IMG/VR virus record: IMGVR_UViG_3300032304_000900
Location: 13,914-77,913 of that record
Length of the DNA stretch: 64,000 nt
Reading direction: 5' to 3' (one strand)
Source: a virus
Shown piece after piece: positions 1 to 10,700 of the stretch. Below the pieces are notes generated by a model. It searched no databases, was not told where the DNA came from, and was given only the letters and a program-made list of their open reading frames with translations. Numbering within the stretch: position 1 is the stretch's first letter; each line of letters opens with the position of its first letter. Position numbers and translations under genes: made by a program.

Positions 1-1
1 A

Positions 2-1081
2 CACACCACCATCTTGTGTCAATCTCGATAATGGAACATTTAAAGATTGATACAGTTTTTGTTTAAAATATTCAACATCTTCTAACTGACCAAGATTACC
101 ACCACCCTGTAGGGTTGTAATTTCTGTTCCTTTTCCACCTTCACGACGTGGCATCCAAAAATCTTCAAGCATTGACATGTGCTTGCGATCGTCTTTAATT
201 TCGCCTGTTGAAGCATCATAAACAAGTTTATTACGATACTTGTTCATGATGTCACGAATATATTGTTCTGCTTTAATCTTTGGTAAGTTACCTACATCGA
301 TGTAGAAAATGCGACGCTCTGGCGCACGACTTACACGGTAAATGACCAAAGAATCTTCAATCATTTTTAATTGATTTACTGGTTTAATTGCTTTATGAAG
401 ATGACTAAGAACCATGTTCTTGCCTTGATCAATTAATCCAGAGTTACATGACACAACACTATCAACCCCAAGTTTTACACCCTGTGTTGCATTGTTGTTG
501 ATGCCTTTTTCATTATAGATGTAATATTCTTGTACATCTGTAATTACTTCAACACCAGTTTTCTTGTTTCGTTCTTTCTTAACTTCTTTTACTTTGCGAA
601 TTTTCATCGCATCAACATATCGAAGTTCTTGAATCCCTTGTTTAGCATTTGCCTCATCAATTAAAACTTGATAATGTATTCTTCCGTCAACATACCAAGA
701 TCTAAATATGTCATGTCCTTTTACATTAAATCCTAACAATGAAAGAACACTATCAAACTCATCATTAAATTTCTTTTTAATGGAGTCAGATAATTTCAAA
801 TCGTCTAAGTTTAATGTAACAGTTTTTTCAACATCATCTGATACAATTGCTTCATTTACAATATCTTCAATTGCAGCATCGACTTCAGTATAACTAGAAA
901 TATCTCTATATTTTTTAAGAAGATCATTTTCAGTTGTAATCTGAGTATCTGTATTCAGCGTTTGCGCATAATACCCAGCTTGACTTGCTACAAGTGTCGA
1001 TCCGTCATCGATTGGTGGTGGAACCACAGAATCGATGACATCATCTTTTTTACGCTTTATCTCAAAACCAAAAAAATCCAT
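2..1081 (-). CDS. gp20: Portal vertex protein (T4 gp20-like), 5' part; runs off the window start
   Basis: Not in the ORF track; translated manually from ATG at 1081: MDFFGFEIKRKK...WYVDGRIHY...LHKAIKPVNQLKMIEDSLVIYRVSRAPERRIFYIDVGNLPKIKAEQY...MLEDFWMPRREGGKGTEITTL. These are hallmark gp20 motifs. GGAGA SD upstream; follows gp19. Confidence 0.97.
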   Translation of the reverse strand, partial: MDFFGFEIKRKKDDVIDSVVPPPIDDGSTLVASQAGYYAQTLNTDTQITTENDLLKKYRDISSYTEVDAAIEDIVNEAIVSDDVEKTVTLNLDDLKLSDSIKKKFNDEFDSVLSLLGFNVKGHDIFRSWYVDGRIHYQVLIDEANAKQGIQELRYVDAMKIRKVKEVKKERNKKTGVEVITDVQEYYIYNEKGINNNATQGVKLGVDSVVSCNSGLIDQGKNMVLSHLHKAIKPVNQLKMIEDSLVIYRVSRAPERRIFYIDVGNLPKIKAEQYIRDIMNKYRNKLVYDASTGEIKDDRKHMSMLEDFWMPRREGGKGTEITTLQGGGNLGQLEDVEYFKQKLYQSLNVPLSRLTQDGGV

Positions 1082-1107
1082 ACTATCTCCACGGAAACAT
1101 TAAAAAA

Positions 1108-1710
1108 TTAAATCGAAATACCTGGAAGCTGGAACCCACCTATGTTAACATTAACGCCACCAGAAATTAACGAACCAGTTGAAGTTGAAGAAGTAGATGT
1201 CCAGTAGTTGTATTGGAATGTTACTGTAAATTCTTCTATCTGATTATTTGTATCAAAATTCAATTCAATTGAACTAACTTCAGTTGGGTATGCATCTATA
1301 AATTTATATGCTTTAATTGGGTTTCCATTTCTATCAAGTTGGAACACTTCCATGTCAACTTGATATTGCGCAGGGTTAATTAAACCAGTGTTATTTACAT
1401 TACTGTTAATTCCATTCATCCATGCTTCCATCGCATTACGAATTAGGAAGTCATTGTCGTTAAGAATAGTAACAGTCCATGGTGCAAAAGTGCGCTCGCC
1501 AGCAAAATTTACTTGACGACCACGATAATTCACTGGTGTATTATCGATTGTAGATGCTGGTAATTGAGCACCCTTACAAACGAATTGACCCTTCGCTGAT
1601 GCTAGTGTTCCAGCTGATACGTATGACGGAAATGTCAAACTTACGTAGAACTGGTTGGCACGAGCACCACCACCAATCATATTGGCTTTAAATGAGTCGA
1701 TATTTGCCAT
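1108..1710 (-). CDS. gp19: Tail tube protein (gp19)
   Basis: GGGARANQF, RGRQVNFAGERTFAPWTVTILND, YPTEVSSIEL...IEEFTVTFQY motifs; lies between sheath and portal. Confidence 0.95.
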   Translation of the reverse strand: MANIDSFKANMIGGGARANQFYVSLTFPSYVSAGTLASAKGQFVCKGAQLPASTIDNTPVNYRGRQVNFAGERTFAPWTVTILNDNDFLIRNAMEAWMNGINSNVNNTGLINPAQYQVDMEVFQLDRNGNPIKAYKFIDAYPTEVSSIELNFDTNNQIEEFTVTFQYNYWTSTSSTSTGSLISGGVNVNIGGFQLPGISI

Positions 1711-1734
1711 TGTTATTTCTCCTGTCTTTTTCTT

Positions 1735-1742
1735 TATTTAGT
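1735..1742 (-). promoter_or_regulatory. T4-type late promoter variant ACTAAATA for gp19
   Basis: ACTAAATA about 25 nt upstream of the gp19 ATG; the same octamer recurs in front of other late genes. Confidence 0.7.
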
Positions 1743-1743
1743 A

Positions 1744-3822
1744 TTAAGCACCAATCTCTTCAAAGTTCACATTTGTTCTAGCAGCAACAAAGTTAAGAGT
1801 AATGAAGTTGATAGAGCGAGCAGGTTTAACAAAAATATCAGCCACGAATTGGTTGGTATCAATAATTTGGGCAGTATTATTTGTCTCATCGCAAACCACA
1901 CGGAAATCAAAAATACCACGACGACCTTGAACATCACGTAGATATGGCTCAACTAAATTACGGAACTGAGCACGAGTAAAACCATCGTTGAATTCAAACA
2001 ACTGGAACTTAGCAGCTGTAGAAATTGATTTTTCTAGAATAATAAACAAGCGACGCACGTTGATGCGATCGAATGCGCTTGGCTTGGATAACATTGTTTT
2101 GTCTCCAAACAAAACAGTTCCTTGTCCTGGGAATGTGACAACTGGATTAATACCATTTTTGTATAATGTGTCACGTTCTGTTTGTGTTGGATTGTATGCT
2201 AATTTAACAACATTCTTAATTACGCCACGACTATAACCACCTGGAGAGAACCATGGATCTGCTGTATAATCTGTTCTTGCGCACAATCCAGCGATGTCAC
2301 CATTTAATGGAACATAAATGTATTTGTCATTGTATTTGTCATACTGATATTTGTAACCAGAATCCATTGATGCGTAAGATGTTGATGTATTAACAGAGTT
2401 GCTTGCTGCAGTTCTGTAAGAAACAAGACTAGTAAAATCGCTTGTTTTTGTAACTGGTGTTAATGATGATCCGTCATCTTTAGCTGCAGATACGAACACA
2501 AGGCAATCTTTACGTGATTCAGCAATTGCAATAACATACTTAGCAACAACTGATTCAACTTCACCAAGAGCAATTAAACCAACATCAACTTCTTCAGTAT
2601 TATTGAACTTGTCAAATGCAACTTGTAGTCCTGATTTGATTGCAGCATCATGTGCCTTTGAAGAAACAGTATATCCGTCAACACCCTTTCCGTTAGTCAT
2701 AATCGCAATTGCACCAGAACCCTCTGTTACATTATAACCCATTAGTGCTGTATATGGACGTTTTAAAGTAATAAACACAGTATTTGCGCCCATACCACCT
2801 GTTGCCAGATTTACTGCAAAAGCAGCAGCAGATGATGTATTTTGATATGTTACTGAAACAATGTCATCAATGTCACGTAGATTCCAAATATAATCAGAAC
2901 TACGATTGATTACAGTTTTGTAGTAATTATTTGTGCCATCTGTAAGAACGGCATCTGCTGCTTTTGACACATTTTCAAATTTTTCTAAAACAGTTCCTTG
3001 CACTCCAGTAAATTGACCAAGACGATCAATAACAATAATGTGCATTTCATCTTTAGCAGCAGAGAAACCTTGACCAGCAGCATAAGTAGATGTTCCTGGA
3101 GCAGATACAAACTGATCTGCATATTCCCACTCGAACACAATAGAAACAATACCAGAGGTAATTACTGGGTTTGATGTTAGTGTTGCAGCTGTTGCGCTTG
3201 TAATAGAAGCGATTGCTGATGTGCCTAATAAGGTACCAGTTCCAGATGCTCCAGAGTAAAACTTAACAACAGAACCAACTGTTGCTTGTGTAGTGATTGC
3301 GCCACCACTTATAGATAACGCTGTAGAGTTTTGTGTAGCAGCGATTGTTCCTGTAGCAACATTGCGGAATGAATCCGCATCAGCAACAGAAACTCTTAGT
3401 GTATTACCAAGAGATCCTGGATATTTCGCAACCCATGTTGAGTTTGGCGAAGATGCGCTTGAATAGTTATCTACGTAGTCTTGTGCGCTCTTAATTACGA
3501 TCGCTGTAACATCTTCAGATTGAGCATTTTTAGCGTCAGAAGTGGTTGATGTAGTTGGAACAGCACGAACAACGACCATATTATTTGAATATGACAGGAA
3601 GTTCGCAGCTGTAAAAAACGAGCGAGCGATAAAATCGTTTACGCCAACTGGCTTACCGAATGTGCTTGCTAGTTCTGCTTCGCTTGCGATTGTAATTGGC
3701 TGTTCAACTGGACCCCAGCGGAAAAATCCAGCTGTGGCTCCAACAGAAGCAGCGATTTGAGGAATAACAAGAGAGAGGTCTTTCTCTACTACTGCTACTC
3801 CTGGAGAAACTTGAAATGGCAT
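1744..3822 (-). CDS. gp18: Tail sheath protein (gp18)
   Basis: N-terminal SPGVAVVEKDLS and FRWGPVEQ; C-terminal WFSPGGYSRG, LYKNGINPV, FGDKT, AFDRINVRRLF, KPARSINFITLNFVA. Confidence 0.97.
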   Translation of the reverse strand: MPFQVSPGVAVVEKDLSLVIPQIAASVGATAGFFRWGPVEQPITIASEAELASTFGKPVGVNDFIARSFFTAANFLSYSNNMVVVRAVPTTSTTSDAKNAQSEDVTAIVIKSAQDYVDNYSSASSPNSTWVAKYPGSLGNTLRVSVADADSFRNVATGTIAATQNSTALSISGGAITTQATVGSVVKFYSGASGTGTLLGTSAIASITSATAATLTSNPVITSGIVSIVFEWEYADQFVSAPGTSTYAAGQGFSAAKDEMHIIVIDRLGQFTGVQGTVLEKFENVSKAADAVLTDGTNNYYKTVINRSSDYIWNLRDIDDIVSVTYQNTSSAAAFAVNLATGGMGANTVFITLKRPYTALMGYNVTEGSGAIAIMTNGKGVDGYTVSSKAHDAAIKSGLQVAFDKFNNTEEVDVGLIALGEVESVVAKYVIAIAESRKDCLVFVSAAKDDGSSLTPVTKTSDFTSLVSYRTAASNSVNTSTSYASMDSGYKYQYDKYNDKYIYVPLNGDIAGLCARTDYTADPWFSPGGYSRGVIKNVVKLAYNPTQTERDTLYKNGINPVVTFPGQGTVLFGDKTMLSKPSAFDRINVRRLFIILEKSISTAAKFQLFEFNDGFTRAQFRNLVEPYLRDVQGRRGIFDFRVVCDETNNTAQIIDTNQFVADIFVKPARSINFITLNFVAARTNVNFEEIGA

Positions 3823-3885
3823 GGCTATGTCTCCTTGATACGATTATTTGTCGTTGTTGTAACAACCCTTTGTTTCATCTCTTTT

Positions 3886-3893
3886 TATTTAGT
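3886..3893 (-). promoter_or_regulatory. Late promoter ACTAAATA for gp18
   Basis: Octamer in the gp17-gp18 intergenic gap. Confidence 0.7.
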
Positions 3894-3905
3894 ATTTCGA
3901 TAATT

Positions 3906-5495
3906 TCAGAAGTTTTGGTGGTCGTTTTCGACCTGAATGCCATCATCGATGAATCCAAAGGGTGTTAATTCTTCTTCGATGGCAAGCATTTGTTTTTCAT
4001 ACATGGCTTTTCTTAAGTTAATATCTTTTTGGCTTAAATCTTTAAAATATGAATTTGTTGTTAACCAACCAAAAAGAACTAATGGCATAACCAAATCATC
4101 ATGGTAACCCTCATCTGCAGCATATGAACCTCTGGTTTCAATAAAAGTAGAAATTTCCGAGATAGTATCTACATCATTAATTATGAGTTTTTTCTCTTCC
4201 AACATGGCTTTAAAATTATGACATCCAACACGTTTAACACGTTTGTCTGTATTCACTCCAAATTGAACTTTACCACCACCAAAACCACCAGAAACAACTT
4301 GTCCATTTGTTGTTCTGTTTACAAAAATAATATTTTCATACATCAATTCATCATGTAAAATATAGGCTACTTGTTCGCTTATGTTTATTTCTATCAATAC
4401 GTAAGCATCATTATAATCTTTTGCAACTTTATGTATAATATTTGGGTATAGAACAGGATTTATCTTATTACTTCTATATTTTCCAACCATACGGTAAGGA
4501 ACATCTGTCATATCAATAATTGTAAATGCTGAGTAATCTCCACCGACACCTTTCGCTACGTCAGCAACAATCACATACTGATGCCCTTTCTGTGGATAAG
4601 CAGTCAAATCTAATCCATCTTTACTATGAATAACTTTGTCAGCAGAAAGTTGTGATATTGTGTTTGCATCAATTAGAGTCAATGCTGAACCTAAGAATTT
4701 ACACAGAACTTCTTGATTATATTTAAGGTCACCAAGTTGTCTGCGCTGCTCTTCAGCCCATGCATCGTCACGTCCAGGAATTTTCCAATATGGAATAAAC
4801 AATGGAACGAAATCGTTCCTATCATTTTCTGCATCATTCCAAAATTTCCAAAAATGATTATATCCAAGAGGTGTTGATGTAATTAAAATTTTTGTAGTTG
4901 TACCAGCAGAAATTGTTGGATAAACTGAAGTAAAAAACGCATCGGCAATATTATTAGGAATAATGGATGCTTCGTCAATGTACAAGAAATTTACTGATTT
5001 AGAACGAATACCAGATGCTGTCGTAGCAGCAGTAAACACCTTTGATCCATTTTCAAGTTCAATATCGCCTTTGTTCCAAGTTTTTACTCCTTGCTGCATC
5101 CATAATGGTAGATTTTCATACATCAATTGATAACGTGATAAAATTTCACGTGATGTGGATGCTTTATTTGCTAGAATAGCAACTTGTTTGTTTGCTTGAA
5201 ATATTGTATACCAAAGAATGTATGCTGCAGCAGTTGTTGTTTTGCCCTGCTGACGACCCTCCATAATAATAACTTTACGATTGTCATGAATAGTTTGAAT
5301 TTTTTCTTTTTGACATTCATACAATTTAAATTTTTGGATACCATGATCCAAAGTAACAATGTAACAATAATTATCAATAAAATACACTGGGTCTTGAGAA
5401 CATTTAATGTACTCTTTTATGTCCTCTTGTGTGAATGGAATGTCAACCCCAATCGCCTTTAAATTGGGATTCGAATTGTAGTTTTTAGTTGTCAT
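3906..5495 (-). CDS. gp17: Terminase large subunit (gp17)
   Basis: Walker A GRQQGKTT, Walker B LYIDE, ITSTPLGYNHFWKFW, nuclease motifs DVAKGVGGDYS and HDDLVM; no intein or intron. Confidence 0.97.
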   Translation of the reverse strand: MTTKNYNSNPNLKAIGVDIPFTQEDIKEYIKCSQDPVYFIDNYCYIVTLDHGIQKFKLYECQKEKIQTIHDNRKVIIMEGRQQGKTTTAAAYILWYTIFQANKQVAILANKASTSREILSRYQLMYENLPLWMQQGVKTWNKGDIELENGSKVFTAATTASGIRSKSVNFLYIDEASIIPNNIADAFFTSVYPTISAGTTTKILITSTPLGYNHFWKFWNDAENDRNDFVPLFIPYWKIPGRDDAWAEEQRRQLGDLKYNQEVLCKFLGSALTLIDANTISQLSADKVIHSKDGLDLTAYPQKGHQYVIVADVAKGVGGDYSAFTIIDMTDVPYRMVGKYRSNKINPVLYPNIIHKVAKDYNDAYVLIEINISEQVAYILHDELMYENIIFVNRTTNGQVVSGGFGGGKVQFGVNTDKRVKRVGCHNFKAMLEEKKLIINDVDTISEISTFIETRGSYAADEGYHDDLVMPLVLFGWLTTNSYFKDLSQKDINLRKAMYEKQMLAIEEELTPFGFIDDGIQVENDHQNF

Positions 5496-6274
5496 TAAAA
5501 ATCAAAATTCCATTCTTCAGAAGTAGGAATTGGCGAAGTTCCAACAGATGTGGTAATTGGATCAACAGAAGCAGTAAACTCTCTGCGTCTTGCAACAACA
5601 TCATTTCCAAGTTCATCTTGTTTAACTTCTTTAATATTTGCTTGAACAGTTCTAATAACTTCAGACTCAGTTATCGGTCCAAACATCTGTGTTTTCATTG
5701 TAAAAGTTAATGTATACAAAACAACACGTCTTTGTTCAAATAGCCCATCATAATCATCTTGAAGTGTAACATTATTCAATACAGTTGGAACATCAAATTT
5801 GTACCCCATCTGCGTGTTTAAATTTACTGTAAGATTGTAGTGTGGCGTAAAAAATGGAAGTATTTGTTCTACAACTTGTAATGCATCTTCTTGTGTCTTT
5901 GAAATTATATACATTGTAATTCCAAGATTATATGGCACAGGAACATATTGTGTTCTTCTTTTCTCACCATCAATATTGTCTTCAATAATTAGTTGATTAA
6001 GAGAACTTACTTTTCTAGAAGGATCATACGAGAAATCTGTAATTTCAAATGTCATTCTTGGTAAAACAATTTCTACTGGACGATCTAAATCTGGATCATT
6101 CTGAGAACGTACTAACCACTTTTCTTTTGGACCATAAGTAATTGGAACTTTTACTAATTGATTTGGTGAACCATTAGAGTTGTCTCTTTTAATAAAAACA
6201 CTGTTAAATAATTTACCGAAAACAATAATACTATTTCTTACTGTTGCGTGGTAAAAATGACTGTGATTAAGCAT
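5495..6274 (-). CDS. gp15: Tail sheath stabilizer/completion protein (gp15)
   Basis: HFYHATVR...FGKLFN, VPITYGPKEKWL, LPRMTFE, PVPYNL, QVVEQILPFFTP. Confidence 0.93.
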   Translation of the reverse strand: MLNHSHFYHATVRNSIIVFGKLFNSVFIKRDNSNGSPNQLVKVPITYGPKEKWLVRSQNDPDLDRPVEIVLPRMTFEITDFSYDPSRKVSSLNQLIIEDNIDGEKRRTQYVPVPYNLGITMYIISKTQEDALQVVEQILPFFTPHYNLTVNLNTQMGYKFDVPTVLNNVTLQDDYDGLFEQRRVVLYTLTFTMKTQMFGPITESEVIRTVQANIKEVKQDELGNDVVARRREFTASVDPITTSVGTSPIPTSEEWNFDF

Positions 6275-6992
6275 TTCTTACCTCACCGAATGGGTTTGAT
6301 TCATTAAAGTCAACAAGACCAGATCCTTCTGTGTCATATTTTGAATTATCGCCAATGTCTTTTGTTGGATCTGATTCTGTCTCGAGCGCATATTCCTCAT
6401 CATTTTGTTCACCTTCAATAAATTCTCCATCTTCTGCACGAATCATATCTTGATCATAAGAATATGTGTCTTCGATTGTATCAATCTCTGATATTCCAGT
6501 ATCAATGCGTTCACTAGCATACTGGAATGTTTCAATTTTTAATTTAAATACATACAGTTTGCCGATTTGATAGAATGGATCTTCATGTTCAACAAATCTA
6601 ACTTCAAAAAGTTTTTTTGTTAGGGGGAAATATATTAAATCTCCTTCTGCTGGACGAGAAGGTATTCTTGTTACGCCATGACGACCGATTAATTGTTCCC
6701 AACGTCTGCGAGCTACAACAAGAGTAGCTGATTTCTCAATTTCAATTCCAAATTTTTGTAAAAATGTACCTTGTCCTTGAAAGTCATCGACATCTTCAAA
6801 GTACATCTCGATGTCATATGCTGCTTCAAATTTAGAGAGAACATCTTCTCCCAACACTAAGTCTTGATTGACAAGTGTTCTGGGAATATAATATACATCT
6901 TGACCATATATCTTAAGCGACTCAACAATTAAGTCTTCTAAAAGATATTGTTCGCTTTTTGTTCCCTGTGTAAAGTAAACATTTTTTGGCAT
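6267..6992 (-). CDS. gp14: Neck/head-closure protein (gp14)
   Basis: EQYLLEDLIVESLKIYGQDVYYIPR, RPAEGDLIYFP, VEHEDPFYQIGK, C-terminal DFNESNPFG. Confidence 0.93.
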   Translation of the reverse strand: MPKNVYFTQGTKSEQYLLEDLIVESLKIYGQDVYYIPRTLVNQDLVLGEDVLSKFEAAYDIEMYFEDVDDFQGQGTFLQKFGIEIEKSATLVVARRRWEQLIGRHGVTRIPSRPAEGDLIYFPLTKKLFEVRFVEHEDPFYQIGKLYVFKLKIETFQYASERIDTGISEIDTIEDTYSYDQDMIRAEDGEFIEGEQNDEEYALETESDPTKDIGDNSKYDTEGSGLVDFNESNPFGEVRNA

Positions 6993-6993
6993 C

Positions 6994-7746
6994 TTAACCC
7001 ATCATAAAATCTGGTGGCAGAGAGAATGTATCTTGTGCTTGTTTTTCTAATTCTTCTATCTCAGAGCTTGCTTCTTCGTATAGTTTGTCGCCATCTAAAG
7101 TAACACCACCTGGAAGTTGAAGACCTGAGAACTTCTTAATGTTGGTTGCCCATTGTTTTTTGATTAAAGCAGTAGCATATCTTTTTAACCACATGTCATT
7201 CCAAACATCAGCCCATGTAGCTGGATCCATAGCACGATAACAGTCAACGATAATCCATTTACCTTGAATATCTTCATCAGCCCACTTCATATCAATGTAT
7301 AAACGATTTTGGTGTTTATTAAAGCGTAATGGTTTTGCTCCATTTAATAACAAATCTAACATTGCAATATAATCACGAACAGTATTATAGTAAACTAAAG
7401 ATGTGTTTGTTAAATCATATAAGTCATTTAGGCGCAACTGATATTGAAGATTAAACAATCCATCGGCTGTACCACTGGTTGTTGTTCCAGAAAAAGGAAA
7501 AATATTTCGAACACCAATAATTAAATCTGTAAGAGGTATGTAACCATTGCTTATGTCTGAGGAAGTAACTTGATGTTTTAGATATATTCTTTCAACACCA
7601 TCGTAGTGAAACTCTTGATAAAATTGCAATGCTTCATCAATACGATCGGAAACTTGGTCATCGTCTACGTTAATTTCGACAACTGGATGACCAAGTTTTC
7701 TCAGACAGTAGTCTGTAAATGTATCTCTTGTTGTTGGAGCAGCCAT
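6994..7746 (-). CDS. gp13: Neck protein (gp13)
   Basis: YCLRKLGHPVVEINVDDDQVSDRIDEAL, WLKRYATALIKKQW, LPGGVTLDG. Confidence 0.95.
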   Translation of the reverse strand: MAAPTTRDTFTDYCLRKLGHPVVEINVDDDQVSDRIDEALQFYQEFHYDGVERIYLKHQVTSSDISNGYIPLTDLIIGVRNIFPFSGTTTSGTADGLFNLQYQLRLNDLYDLTNTSLVYYNTVRDYIAMLDLLLNGAKPLRFNKHQNRLYIDMKWADEDIQGKWIIVDCYRAMDPATWADVWNDMWLKRYATALIKKQWATNIKKFSGLQLPGGVTLDGDKLYEEASSEIEELEKQAQDTFSLPPDFMMG

Positions 7747-7749
7747 ATT

Positions 7750-10700
7750 TTATGCCTGTGCTTCTGTCCATGAAATACGAGCAGCAAGATTTCCTGGAGG
7801 AGATAAAACAACAGTACCATTTGTACCAGAGGTAGCATTTTTTGAGAATGCCACGTCATATCCACCACCAGCTTTAGCAGTAATAGATTTGACAACACCA
7901 CCAGCAGCAGTACCACCTGAAGATGAAGAAACAACCCAACCAACTTCAAAACCAGTTACATCATTAATAACCACAATTGGTGAACCAGCAGTAGTTGTTG
8001 TTGGAGAAACAGTAATCGGTTGTAATACGTTTGAGCAGCAAATCGTAATAATATCTGGACCATCAGGATAAATGTTTACGTTTGAGTTTAGTGTTAATGA
8101 ATTTACCAATCCACCACCAAGAACTGAGTTACCAAGATCACGAACTTTATCTAGTTCATCTGTTGTAACTGTGTAGTTTAATCCACCACCACCTTGGTCT
8201 GTATAAAAAGCGAAAATTGTTTCACCACCAGTAATCTGCGTTCCGCTTGGGTGATATACAACTTGAGATAATGAAGAACCACCTACGTTTTGGAATGTTG
8301 GTGCATTTGTAATAAATCTTGGATTTAGAATAATACGAATAAAGAAAGCACCATTTGATGTAACACCAATAGATCGTAAAGTTAACTGCATACGATTTAT
8401 AATTTCTTTCAATCCAAGAACACCAGAAGCACCATTATCAACTGATGGCGCAACACGCAAACTTAATACTGCGTTAATTGTTGTTGTATAGTTTGTAACA
8501 TAAGATGGGTTACCAGCAGTAAACACCAGAGATTTATCGTCATCGTAACGACCATCCATAATAACAGATGTACCCCAGTGATTTGCAGTTGGGGCAAATT
8601 GATTAGTATGTAGAAATACTGGAATAACTGGACCATCAGTATCATATGTATGTGTAGTGCCAGAGTTGTTTGCTCCGTTTGCGTTTGAAGATGCTGCGTA
8701 TACGTTAAAATTAGTAATATTACCAGTACCAGTACATGCTTGGCTCAATTCAATAGTCGAGGCTGAAGAATTAAAACCAGTAATAAATGTGTTTTCTGGA
8801 ATGTTTGTACCAGTTACGAATGCTCCAATCGGAGCCATGTTTAGCGAATTGCCGATTGAATTTTGTGCAAATCCTTTTGAAGTCGTAACAGTATTACTTC
8901 CGTTAACAGTTGCAACAGTTCCACCACCAGTATTAAAATAATCAGAACGATAACCAGCGATAGTTGCGCCATTCATACCAAGACCAGCACCACGTTGTGT
9001 TACTGTAAATGTTGTTGCTGTTTTACTACTGTATTGAACATATTCATAATAATCAGCACCACCTGGAGATCCACCTGTTAAAGCAGCATCTGCTGATGTT
9101 CTTCCTGGATCTGCAATTAACAATACACCAGAATTTGGAAATCCTTCTGTACTATTAACAGTTAATGTTGATGTTCCAGAAGTAAATGTTTGAGTGATGT
9201 AAGTATACGGTGTGAATGTATGAGTTTCGTAGCGAGCTGGCAAGTTACCAGAACGCATATATGCTTCAGTATTTATGTTAGAGTTGACGATCCTGTGACA
9301 GTAGATAATTCTACCTTCTTGATCTTTAAAACCAAAACGAATTGCGCCAGCACCGTACCAAGCGTAGTCACAATAAATCATCTGCATTTTGTTTAGATCT
9401 AGTGTAAAACCAGATGGACCGTAACCATCGCAACGATCAATGTTCCATTGAGATTGCGGAATACGAACTTCATTAATTTTATTTACAACACCACCAGAAA
9501 TTGTAGCACCACGATATTCTGGATTGATACGTATTCTTAAATCGTTAATAACTTCCATAACACGATAAGACATACCCTTAACAGAAATCCAATCTCCTGG
9601 ATTCAACTGTTTCAGAAACTTAGTTTGTTTGCCTGTTCCTAAAGATGTTACTGAGTTCACTTCATCTGAACCATTAGTTACTGCCACCAAACCAGATAAC
9701 TGAGTTGTTGAGTTTCTTCTAACTGCTGTTAAATTTTGTCCGTCATATTCAAAATAAAATCCGTTGTTTTGATCAAACATACCAACACGAATACCAGCAC
9801 CATACCAACCTGTTGCTCCAACGATTGGGAAACCGAAAGCAGTTGTTACTGATGGTGTGCTTGCCATTTGATATGTAAAATCAAATTCATTATTAACGTC
9901 TAAAACAGTAAAGTTACCATTATAAGCACTTGTTGACAGTCCTGGCTCTGTTGCTCCAGAAATGTTGATAGAGATTCCTGGTTGTAAGTTGTGTGGTTCT
10001 TTTGATGTTGCTGTCGCAATATTACCAACAGAAGAAATAGTATCTAATGTGAAATTTGGACGGAGAACAGAACCTGTTGAAAATTGAATACCTTTACCAG
10101 ATTGATAGCGGAAGTAACGTCTTGTTTGACGCAACGCTTGATAGTTATGACTTTGTGTGTTGGTTGAGAAACGAACACCACCATCGAATGGTCTATGAGC
10201 AAATGTTGACTCATTACGAACATAACAACTTAATGAACCAACAGCAGTAATAGTTGGCACGTTTGATCCAGCTGCCATCAACACACCAAACTTACGTGGG
10301 CTGTATACAGCCATAACTGTGTAAGAGGTTCCTCCTGGATTTGTTCCAGTTGAAATTGTTGCAGCACCTGTTAGATAAACAAGATTACCAAGTGTCAAAC
10401 CATGGTCACGTGTTGTTGTGATAACGACAACAATGTCATTAGCTGGCGATCCAGCTGCAGTAGCAGAGAATGCTGCTGCGCTACTAATTACGATTTGTGA
10501 ATTAGTATAGAAAGAGCCAGCATATGTTGTTGTAATACCTGTGTTAAAAATAGATCCTGTTGTTCCTGGGAAGTTAGCAGAGGAACGATAACGAATTTCC
10601 CAACGTGAAGATGCGATTACTGGAGTTGTTAACTCAATTAGATAACCACCATTGGCTGCAGTAAATAATGACTCTTGAACTTGAATAGGAGAACCAACAT

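Noticed and set aside
3906-5495. Intron or intein in terminase or other core genes
   Set aside because: The ORFs are uninterrupted, of normal length, and show no splicing motifs.
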